In this document: positions 27,801-35,512 of the stretch, one piece after another | How the letters are laid out: every line of letters starts with the position of its first letter | How positions within the stretch are numbered: position 1 is the first letter of the stretch | Origin: Candidatus Nanoarchaeia archaeon | GTDB taxonomy: Archaea; Nanobdellota; Nanobdellia; Woesearchaeales; GW2011-AR4 | NCBI GenBank assembly: GCA_035288865.1 | Contig: DATDZA010000026.1 | Location: 4,534-68,533, forward strand | DNA length: 64,000 nucleotides | Reading direction: 5' to 3' | Notes under the pieces: model-generated | Seen by the model: only the letters and a program-made list of their open reading frames with translations | What the model was told of the DNA's origin: nothing | The model's database searches: none | Program-made: the position numbers and the translations under genes

Positions 27801-29368
27801 CTGTAACAAATTTAGATTCTGCAGCACAAAATAATATTTATGGCGTAAATTATTCCATGTACGAGCTTGATAATGCCTCATTTTATTTAAGCTTAAATAT
27901 TAACGATACTGTAGCATGGTACATAGATGACATTTTTCAGCAGTCCGAGCCAGGAATTAATTCAACTTTTTATTGGAAGCCTGGAATATTCTGGGCTCCA
28001 ATAGGTCCCGATTACTGGAATGTTCGGCCAGTAAATATTTCAGCAAGACTAACCAATATAAACTTGACCTGGACGGTTGGTGTAGAAGATTTGGTTAACC
28101 CTTATTTTACGGCAATAGATGATTCTTTAGACGTGTCAGGAACTTCTGATACAAAGGTTCATGTGCAAACCAATGATAAAAAAATTAATTTTACAGCTCT
28201 GAATATATCATTGAAAAATATAGAATCTGGCGTGATTAGAAATTTTGCTCTTAATCGCATGCCTGACAATGCTACCGGCGGAACAAACTGGGAATTATCA
28301 ATGGTAAACATCGATTACGGAAGCAATTTTTTAGTAAAAATATATGGCATTAACAATGTTTCCGGCTCGTCAGGAATCTATGAGTTAACTAATGAGAGGG
28401 GGCATTACAGAAATTTTCCTTCGCAAGATCAGCCAAGCGGAAGTGACTCCCCTTCCTCGGACAGCGGAAATGGTGGAGGCGGCAACGGCGATGCAGGAGC
28501 CCAGTCATTTGCTCCTCCGGAAATAATTTATGTAATACTCGATAAAGATACTGTTTTGCCAAATGAGGAGCAAACTGTTACACTGGATGCAAAATACCTG
28601 CCAAACGGAGTAAGTAGAGTTTCGGCGCTATTTTTGCCTCCATCTGGCACTTCAATAATTAAAGAGCTTAGCATAATAAAAGGAAAACCCAGCTATGGCA
28701 CTTGGTTCGCTAGTTTTTCTGCTTCAACTCCTGGATTATACAAACTTTATTCGATAAAACTGTGGACCGAGGATGCTAAAGACCCCCCCACCGAGATTTT
28801 AATTTCAGACAGGTCTTTTTATATTGCCGGTGAGAATGCGATAAATGAAGGAAATCTTGAATTGATATATGAAATTTTAAGTGAAAGCAATGTAAAAAAT
28901 GGAACCAAAGTGCTCCTAACACTTGATGCAAAAGATAAGATCGGCGTTGGGCGAATTAGCGCAAATATAAAATCAACAGGCGGGGAAAATTATGATATAG
29001 AATTGAAACTTTCAAAGGGAAGTAAAAACTACGGCACATGGTCGGGGGAGTTTTTGGCCTCACAGCCAGGAACAACATATTCAGTAGCTTCAGTAACAAT
29101 ATCAAACGGTAAGGAATCAAAGACTTATCAAATTAAAGACAGAAACGTTTACGTAAGCCAGACTTCAAGAATCAGCTCTCTTAATTCAATTACTGCAAAT
29201 ACTATTTCTAATGTGCAAAGATTTTCCGCGCAGTGGGTAGATGCCCTGCTTAAGCGGCCGTGGCTGCCAACAGCTATTGGATTTGGAACAGTGATTGTAA
29301 TGCTAACCTTAATATTTTTTGGCTCTCGATTTACAAAACAGTTCAGCAGATTTAGAAAGAAAAATTGA
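24851..29368 (+). CDS. membrane-anchored surface protein (1505 aa): CelD_N-like Ig domain, GH9-like (alpha/alpha)6 domain, 3 PEGA-like domains, 2 Ig-like repeats and a C-terminal TM anchor
   Basis: VSQLGYHPNSTKQVIIY (CelD_N-like). QLSWLTGMN..SFIFGIGNFPQQYHSR and IPGWISGPYD..TETTNEIVATAVELFAYL parallel GH9 C-terminal blocks. PEGA-like SNPASSNIYLNSQFKGMT..GNYSFKVNKSEY. C-terminal hydrophobic helix plus RFRKKN. Confidence 0.7.
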   Translation: MNLKINLSCKSNVRPLRNLVLLLLLIVTAAPVYADLVAVSQLGYHPNSTKQVIIYTNSSTSYTSAELVDANNANIVKTISLLKAKNYGGTNVECQGNAPCYVGDFSDFMVQGSYYFDISGIKSPTFKIDSQIFKDNTPTLLEFFDAMLQQNSAYHGDFHSNYQPSFNAMADGSFIMEADQASLALIRLGSAYRKNPTLFTGIDNYNILSANKPDMQEYILSYVDYLEGLQGLELEELTDGTGFRLNPNVEVQNIFVPGPTNLTNLTVYIPGSSHAILKSDVPVVSLCGNDTGTEWQKCVDDAAFYFKCQIDEPCLNMTYIEKTGKVKSTNNGYAVSRGWGYEFGCYVDVDLNSDMFDSEPNPCMVFYPETSRSYDVYALLGFLESVPAVNDYSSIEGNSLLARSINTYNHIKINDSVFSANDPDAGFFGASLFLLYNYTANASYLLEAHSLKDIVGTNFESDHTRGNEFYWEEYIKNKNNLESRGLPYQVNAKNPEEFFTAKILSDYSDLGADSMSNNGERIFQYNNNIQFQNSRYILLEGLYATKANQLHPSADPFVKEVGDSQLSWLTGMNSVQNGTAIGSPTLSISFIFGIGNFPQQYHSRLLYDSGYKSSSGDEIIGVRGTSLQFLDPVNNEYVYLDGMQNILGKSLGASGNNWRNETQIEPFHVGTIFNNDKSYIPGWISGPYDTVSDQDLIFNYRDNLNTYEFTETTNEIVATAVELFAYLDAGYNNKPQHNGIYVSPQVTQNATLTFITNPASSNIYLNSQFKGMTNSSGIFILQNVGQGNYSFKVNKSEYFAYEKNISVLEGINATIDVNLSLIPVVLQNSSLHVISNADSIQVYLDNLLYGLTNASYEININNLVPGDYNLTLKKTEYLDRDVIISLVSGQNNSIVLNLTNIVQNGTVTITTSPSIADIYVNSSLVGTTNASGNIFLNLNPGIYSIKAAKSNYVPSTILVEIQQSVNKFANVSLDLDNTVSVVSTVTNLDSAAQNNIYGVNYSMYELDNASFYLSLNINDTVAWYIDDIFQQSEPGINSTFYWKPGIFWAPIGPDYWNVRPVNISARLTNINLTWTVGVEDLVNPYFTAIDDSLDVSGTSDTKVHVQTNDKKINFTALNISLKNIESGVIRNFALNRMPDNATGGTNWELSMVNIDYGSNFLVKIYGINNVSGSSGIYELTNERGHYRNFPSQDQPSGSDSPSSDSGNGGGGNGDAGAQSFAPPEIIYVILDKDTVLPNEEQTVTLDAKYLPNGVSRVSALFLPPSGTSIIKELSIIKGKPSYGTWFASFSASTPGLYKLYSIKLWTEDAKDPPTEILISDRSFYIAGENAINEGNLELIYEILSESNVKNGTKVLLTLDAKDKIGVGRISANIKSTGGENYDIELKLSKGSKNYGTWSGEFLASQPGTTYSVASVTISNGKESKTYQIKDRNVYVSQTSRISSLNSITANTISNVQRFSAQWVDALLKRPWLPTAIGFGTVIVMLTLIFFGSRFTKQFSRFRKKN

Positions 29369-30978
29369 AAATGGGCATTCCAATTAAGAAACAAGGCTGG
29401 AAGCATTTAATGCTCTATTTAATTTTCGGATTAATGAGTTTTGTTCTTATGATGTATTATTTATCGAATACTTTGATTCATTTCACATCATCCCAGCAGT
29501 TCCCAATAAATTCGTTTAAGAGGTTTCCGCTGACTTTTTTGATTTTCCCGGCAGAATTATTTTCATTTTGCTTTGCAATGTACTTTGTTTATAATTTGTT
29601 TACTGATCGGTATAGAAATGAAAAACCTGAAGAGTTGCTAAATAAATCTAGCATTAGAGTTGCCGTTCTAATCCCGGTTTACAATGAACCAAGGGAAATT
29701 GTAGAGAGAACAATTGCAGCATGCAAAAAATTAATCTGGCCTGGGGGTGTTAGGATTTATTTGCTCGATGATTCTTCCAGCGAGGAGGATATGGCAAGTA
29801 TGAAAATTTTATCCAAATATTACGGCTGTATGCTGGTAAGAAGGAGTGACAGGACTGGCTTTAAAGCAGGAAATATAAACAATGCGATAAAAAATGCAGT
29901 AAGAGAGGAATATTTTGTGGTTTTCGATTCAGATCAGGCTCCTGAGCCAAAATTTTTAGAGGAAGTAATGGATTACTTTAGCAACATTTCCGTCGGATTT
30001 GTGCAAACGCCTCAGCATTTTATTAATGTCACAACGCCGCTGGAAAGGGCAGCTAAGATTGGAACGGATATTTTTTATAATTCGCAATGTGTAAGTAAGG
30101 CCCACGATGGAGCGTTGCCATTTTGTGGAACCAATGCTGTTATAAGGACTTCGGCCTTTTTGTCTGTAAACGGCTTTTCGTATTTCTCATCCACGGAAGA
30201 TATTGAGCTTGGCCTTAGGTTGAATTCAGTTGGATACTTTGGCATTTATGTTCCAAAAATACTAGTATACGGCTACGCGCCTCCAGATTTTGTCGCATAT
30301 TCATCACAGCAGTACCGGTGGGCAAATGGGAATCTGGCAATTTTAAGAGAGCATTGGAAAAAAATTTTGTTTGGAAAATTTAACCTAAGGCAGCAAATTC
30401 ATACAGTTTTTACTTTGGGATGGTGGGTCATAGGTATTGTAACTTTAATTTATGTGATAGTTCCAATACTTTCATTACTATTGGGCGGAACCCATCATAC
30501 ATGGCTGCCAACGACATTGCTTCTGCTTTTATTTCTAAATGTTGTTACCGGCATAAGCATGATTTATTTTTCACAGCATGCACGAAATGACAATGATAAA
30601 ATAAGAATTTCAGATGCATTCTTACAGTATAGTCTGATAACCAATAGCATGTTTATTTACATTAAGGCGGCAATAAACGTGCTCCTTGGAAGATATGTGG
30701 GATTTATTAGAACAAATAAAAAAAGGACACAATCAGGATGGTGGAAAATAAAGTGGAACTTATTATTGTCAGCAATATGCTTTGGATTTAGCACTTTTGC
30801 ATTATACCATGCTGCAATTTCTAGTGATATGCAGCAGATAAGGACCTATCTTCCCGTATCGATTTGGCTTTTATTCTACAGTGTCATGCTTGCAAGCTCA
30901 ATTATATTTGTCGGATACGATTTACCAAAGAAAAATGAAAAACCACGCTTGGGCACGAAAGGTGTTTCAATTGGGTGA
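29365..30978 (+). CDS. processive family-2 beta-glycosyltransferase, cellulose-synthase (BcsA/CelA)-like, without a PilZ domain
   Basis: VLIPVYNEP, LLDDSS, VVFDSDQ, FCGTNAVIR, TED (30193..30201), QQYRW (30307..30321). TM helices both N- and C-terminal. The start is either the TTG at 29365 (4-nt overlap with the upstream gene) or the ATG at 29371. Confidence 0.85.
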   Translation: MKMGIPIKKQGWKHLMLYLIFGLMSFVLMMYYLSNTLIHFTSSQQFPINSFKRFPLTFLIFPAELFSFCFAMYFVYNLFTDRYRNEKPEELLNKSSIRVAVLIPVYNEPREIVERTIAACKKLIWPGGVRIYLLDDSSSEEDMASMKILSKYYGCMLVRRSDRTGFKAGNINNAIKNAVREEYFVVFDSDQAPEPKFLEEVMDYFSNISVGFVQTPQHFINVTTPLERAAKIGTDIFYNSQCVSKAHDGALPFCGTNAVIRTSAFLSVNGFSYFSSTEDIELGLRLNSVGYFGIYVPKILVYGYAPPDFVAYSSQQYRWANGNLAILREHWKKILFGKFNLRQQIHTVFTLGWWVIGIVTLIYVIVPILSLLLGGTHHTWLPTTLLLLLFLNVVTGISMIYFSQHARNDNDKIRISDAFLQYSLITNSMFIYIKAAINVLLGRYVGFIRTNKKRTQSGWWKIKWNLLLSAICFGFSTFALYHAAISSDMQQIRTYLPVSIWLLFYSVMLASSIIFVGYDLPKKNEKPRLGTKGVSIG

Positions 30979-33193
30979 TTATTACGGTTATAATGACGAG
31001 GAGATGATACATTCTCCAGGACAATTAAAGGGCGCTTATAAGTGGGTTTGCATCGCGCTTGCATTATTATTTATTTCAATGGTGTGGTTAGCACTTGATT
31101 ACAAGCTCCTGTTTGGAAAATCATGGATGTCGGATACTTACGATAACGAGGATTGGAGAACTAATGAAGGAAATTTGCACACTTTCGGAGCATGGGACTT
31201 GGAGAACCATATATGGAAGACTGAATATATTATTAAAAATTTTCCCAATTTTAACTGGAACCCTTACTGGTATTTAGGAATGCCTCTATTAAAGTACTAC
31301 CAAATCGGGTTTTATTTTCTGCATTGGGCAGTTGTTTCTTTGACAGGTCTTGACGTCGCAAGAGCATCAATAATTTTAATAATATTTAGCCATCTTCTGG
31401 CTACATATCTTACATTTTTACTCTGCTATAAAGTCTCAAGAAGAATTTTGATTTCTGCCCTTTGCTCAACTTTTATCTTATCATCCACTTTCATAAGTCT
31501 AAGAAGTTATGGTTGGGAGCCGATTACTGTAGTATTCCTGTTCCTGTATCCTCTTGGTCTCTTGCTTTTTCTAAAAAACCCGCTGAAGCCCTTTAGGTTT
31601 TGGCTAATTGCGGTCCTTGGCATTTCATATTTATGCCATCCGCTCTTATGGTTTTCCCTGTGCATGACAATGGGCATCTATCTTTTATCAATTATGGTTA
31701 GAAGAAAACACCGCGACGAAAAATTGGCGCATAAGCATTACTTATTCCAGTTTTTTGCGCTCGTATTTTGCAGCATTCTTCTGGGCGCAGTTCAGTTTTT
31801 CCCCCAGATAACTTACAAGCAAGCAACTTCTGGAGCCCACATGGGGGTTAAATATCTTCCTTACTACCAGGTTCCACCTAATATAATTGAGTTGAAAGAT
31901 TTTTTCTTCGATGCCGGCAACCTGAAGGGCCCAGGTCCAATAATTATGATTGCATTTTTTCTGCTTATAATATTTTCAATAATAAGTTACAGGGAAAAAA
32001 GAAAAATAGCCTCCCCAAAATTGTATAATCATGAGTTGGCAGCAGGCTTAACTTTGGTTCTTGCTACAATGGTTTTGTTTTATTACATGGAGTATTACAA
32101 TATTTTTCCCATGAATATTTTACGCTCGATCCAATACCACAGAATTATTCCAGAGTTTATCATAGCAGGGGCAGTTCTTGTCGCGTCCCTTTCAAATATA
32201 GCGAACACTTCCAAAAAGAAAGTGATGTATTACACCATGATTACTGCATTTGTGCTTGCAACAGGAATTATTATTTATAATGTGCAGAGCAAATGGATTA
32301 CAAGCGATTCTATACTTTCAAAACCAGAATTTATTAATGATAAATTTGTGGGACGCATCAGCTTTCCCTACACCGACCAAAGCCTTGCTGTAAGAAATTC
32401 ATTTACATATATACCTCAAACTTATGGTTATTATGAACAGGGCATAACAAATCCTTATTCTGACGAACTCTTTTCAGTTTCTTCGGGTTATCACAATGCA
32501 AATGTTAGCCTTATTTATCTTAAGGCTGCAAATATAGAAAGGCTATATGTTAATACTGAGGAGGGCGACAGGGACAAGATTGTAATGTACAGGATGAATA
32601 ACTCTCTAAACTTTCATTCAAACAATAATTCAAGATATTCATATTTTCAGGTGCCCCTTGAAGACGCGTCGTATGCCGAGGCGGTTGATGGCAAATTGGC
32701 AGCAGAAGTTCAATCTTTACAGCCAAAATGCCGAGTGTTTTTTAAGGAGAAATATTGCGGAAGTTATAATGAAGAGTTTGTGAGCATTGATAAAAGTGAA
32801 ATCTATTATCTTTCAGAGTATGTAAATCTTTTGGAATCATTTTATACAGCTGATGCCAACATGATAATGAAAGATCCCCAGCATTATTCAATCTTCGTCA
32901 AAAAAGCGAAAATAGATACTGCTGTTGTTGTAAAAATGACCTATGATAAGGACTTTGTGGCATCTATTGGCAATAAGAAAGTTAAGGTTGAGCCGTTCGG
33001 TCCTTATTTTATGCTTATTACACCACAACAATCAGGGGATTACAATATTGATTTAGTTTATCACGTCAGCAGGCCAATAGTTATAGGCGCATGGGTTAGT
33101 GTTATGGTTTTTATAGGTCTTGCTATTATATTCGGCCTTAAGCGAAAAATCAAAGCGCTAAAATTTATCAACTTTAACGATGGTGATATGTAA
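30935..33193 (+). CDS. large polytopic membrane protein (about 750 aa, 12 or more TM, extracytoplasmic C-terminal domain, terminal TM); GT-C-like topology, function unknown
   Basis: Hydrophobicity pattern read by eye. Start is ambiguous (30881 track, 30935 or 31004). No AglB WWDYG motif seen. Confidence 0.55.
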   Translation: MKNHAWARKVFQLGDYYGYNDEEMIHSPGQLKGAYKWVCIALALLFISMVWLALDYKLLFGKSWMSDTYDNEDWRTNEGNLHTFGAWDLENHIWKTEYIIKNFPNFNWNPYWYLGMPLLKYYQIGFYFLHWAVVSLTGLDVARASIILIIFSHLLATYLTFLLCYKVSRRILISALCSTFILSSTFISLRSYGWEPITVVFLFLYPLGLLLFLKNPLKPFRFWLIAVLGISYLCHPLLWFSLCMTMGIYLLSIMVRRKHRDEKLAHKHYLFQFFALVFCSILLGAVQFFPQITYKQATSGAHMGVKYLPYYQVPPNIIELKDFFFDAGNLKGPGPIIMIAFFLLIIFSIISYREKRKIASPKLYNHELAAGLTLVLATMVLFYYMEYYNIFPMNILRSIQYHRIIPEFIIAGAVLVASLSNIANTSKKKVMYYTMITAFVLATGIIIYNVQSKWITSDSILSKPEFINDKFVGRISFPYTDQSLAVRNSFTYIPQTYGYYEQGITNPYSDELFSVSSGYHNANVSLIYLKAANIERLYVNTEEGDRDKIVMYRMNNSLNFHSNNNSRYSYFQVPLEDASYAEAVDGKLAAEVQSLQPKCRVFFKEKYCGSYNEEFVSIDKSEIYYLSEYVNLLESFYTADANMIMKDPQHYSIFVKKAKIDTAVVVKMTYDKDFVASIGNKKVKVEPFGPYFMLITPQQSGDYNIDLVYHVSRPIVIGAWVSVMVFIGLAIIFGLKRKIKALKFINFNDGDM

Positions 33194-34447
33194 ATGACTA
33201 GCTTTGTTTGGCCCAAAAAGAGAATTTATTTTTTGATAGGGATGGTTGTCGTTTATATTGTTTTTGGAGTTTCGGTTAATTTGGCTTCCAATTCAGGTTT
33301 GATTCAAAAAGAGAAACCGACTCCGGTAGAGCATAATTTTGGAGATGTAATACCTGAGGGCATGCAGAAAAATTATGAGAAGCAACTAGAAACAGCCGAA
33401 GTATTTGTTGCAAAAAAATTACTGCAGCGAAATGGCCACATTAGATTGACTTATATTTTGTACAATAACGGGACATCCACTTATGACTATAATACAAACA
33501 GTGAGGCAATAAGCTATTATCTTCTATGGAATGCGATAGGTAAAAATAAAGAAGAATTTGACAATGCACTGGTATTTTTGGAAACTTACATGATTCATCC
33601 AGATCACAATTACATGATGTGGCGGTTAAACGCTTCAGAGATGCCGCAAGATGATGGAAGCAATATTGCATCCGATGCTGATTTGCGTGCGATTAAGGCG
33701 CTCCTGATTGCAGAAAAACATTGGGGCGATTTGCGATACTCCCAACTTATTGACAGGCTGTCTTTAGGAGTTGAGAAAGTTGCAATTACAAAAGATGGGC
33801 TTCTTGCACCATATGGCGGCTCATCAGGAAAAGATTCAATCTGGACTGCCCAGGAAGTTTGGCTTTCGTATAGCGATTTCACTGTGTTTGAGAGCCTTGC
33901 AAAAAGAAGGGGTGAGCCTTGGACAACTATGAATGAAAATATGAAAAAGTTAATATTAAAATCACAACTTTACAATGGGCTTTATAATTCACAGCTAACC
34001 GAAGAAAAGAAATTTGGAAACGGCATCGATGCAGGCGGCTATGGAATAAATTCTATGTGGATAATGATTAGAAACGCCGAAAGCCAGGATCCGGAGCTTA
34101 GGGCATCAGCGCAAAAATCACTTGACTTTTACAAGCTAAAATTTAGCCAGGACGGAGAGCTATATGCCCTCTACAGTTCAAACGGCGACGCTTTGAGCCC
34201 GTCTGATGCGCCTTGGGTTTATGCATTAGTGGGGAGAGCCGCAGTCCGCATGGAAGACGAGGAGTTTAGCAAACAAATTATTGATAAGCTCCTAAATAGC
34301 CAGGTCAATGATGAAAACTCGCAGCTTTTTGGGGCATTTCCTGAACCTGATAAAGATTTGACAAAAGTTAGCCAATTCACAATGCAAGAAAGCATCCTTA
34401 CTTTGCAGGATTTTATAGACATGCAGGAAAAGTCCTCAATTAAGTAA
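33194..34447 (+). CDS. membrane-anchored glycoside hydrolase family 8 (BcsZ-like endoglucanase)
   Basis: ASDADLRAIKALLIAEKHW (33668..33724) fits the GH8 signature at 17/19 positions. NSEAISYYLLWNA parallels the catalytic SEGQxYGM block. N-terminal TM anchor. Its ATG directly abuts the upstream stop. Confidence 0.75.
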   Translation: MTSFVWPKKRIYFLIGMVVVYIVFGVSVNLASNSGLIQKEKPTPVEHNFGDVIPEGMQKNYEKQLETAEVFVAKKLLQRNGHIRLTYILYNNGTSTYDYNTNSEAISYYLLWNAIGKNKEEFDNALVFLETYMIHPDHNYMMWRLNASEMPQDDGSNIASDADLRAIKALLIAEKHWGDLRYSQLIDRLSLGVEKVAITKDGLLAPYGGSSGKDSIWTAQEVWLSYSDFTVFESLAKRRGEPWTTMNENMKKLILKSQLYNGLYNSQLTEEKKFGNGIDAGGYGINSMWIMIRNAESQDPELRASAQKSLDFYKLKFSQDGELYALYSSNGDALSPSDAPWVYALVGRAAVRMEDEEFSKQIIDKLLNSQVNDENSQLFGAFPEPDKDLTKVSQFTMQESILTLQDFIDMQEKSSIK

Positions 34448-34449
34448 AA

Positions 34450-35403
34450 ATGGTAAAAAATTATTTTGTAATATTATTTATTTTTTTGACAATTATTTTT
34501 GTAGTCAACGCACATTTCATTGCCAGTGATCCCAAAAGCGAATATGAAATCTATCTTTTTTTTGACAACGCAAATCCGCTTTCACAAGAATCCGAAAAAT
34601 TCAGAATAAACATTTTAAATCCTGTGTCCGGGCTTCCCATCGAAACATTAGATAAAGGACACGAAAGTATTCTCCATGTTTTTATTGTCAGAAATGATTT
34701 GGATTTTTTCGACCACATGCGCGTCGAAGATTTTGCGGACGGGCTGGAAAATAGCATATGGGGGAGCTACACATTTAATTACACATTCCCTATGGCTGGC
34801 AAATATGCTATTGCGGTCTCCTATACCCCTCATGGAATTACTTTTTTAAATTTAGAAAACGCAAGCATTGCAGGCAAGGAAACTTTGGCAGCACCTAATT
34901 ATGATTTTGCTCTGGAAAAAAATTTTGATGGCTATGATATCACATTAAAACACCCAAAATACTTGGAAGCGGAAAAAGAGCATGAATTTAATTATTATAT
35001 CAGGAAAAATGGGGTAGAAATTAGTGACTTGCAGCTTTACTTAGGCTCCGAAATTAATTTATTTGTGATAAAGGATGATTTATCCTCTGCTGACCTTGCC
35101 CATTCTTACGTACCAAAGGAAACTAATGATTCCGAAGGGGCAATGCAATTATATTATGGGCCGACAGTTCCGGTTCACCTTATATTTAAGACGCCAGGAA
35201 AATATGTCTTATTTGGAGAATTCAAGCATGATGGAAAAGTAATTAAAACAAAATTTATGGTTGATGTAAAGCCTAAAATAACGAATCTAATGAATAGTGC
35301 TTATAACTATTACGCATATGTAAATTATGTATACATAATATTGATATTGGTTGCTGCCGCTATATCTTATATCATTTGGCGCAGAATGGGGAAACCTTTA
35401 TAA
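34450..35403 (+). CDS. bitopic envelope protein (signal peptide, two beta-sandwich-like repeats, C-terminal TM anchor)
   Basis: Internal duplication: ILHVFIVRNDLDFFDHM...FPMAGKYAIAV versus INLFVIKDDLSSADLAH...FKTPGKYVLFG. C-terminal YIILILVAAAISYIIWRR. Starts 2 nt after the GH8 stop. Confidence 0.55.
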   Translation: MVKNYFVILFIFLTIIFVVNAHFIASDPKSEYEIYLFFDNANPLSQESEKFRINILNPVSGLPIETLDKGHESILHVFIVRNDLDFFDHMRVEDFADGLENSIWGSYTFNYTFPMAGKYAIAVSYTPHGITFLNLENASIAGKETLAAPNYDFALEKNFDGYDITLKHPKYLEAEKEHEFNYYIRKNGVEISDLQLYLGSEINLFVIKDDLSSADLAHSYVPKETNDSEGAMQLYYGPTVPVHLIFKTPGKYVLFGEFKHDGKVIKTKFMVDVKPKITNLMNSAYNYYAYVNYVYIILILVAAAISYIIWRRMGKPL

Positions 35404-35512
35404 ATCAATAAGTTACTCCTGTTTAATAATAACTATACTAGGTATTTTTTGAAGTACATATGATAAATACACTTATTAAATTTATTTTTCAAGGGTGGAA
35501 AGCTGAAACATC

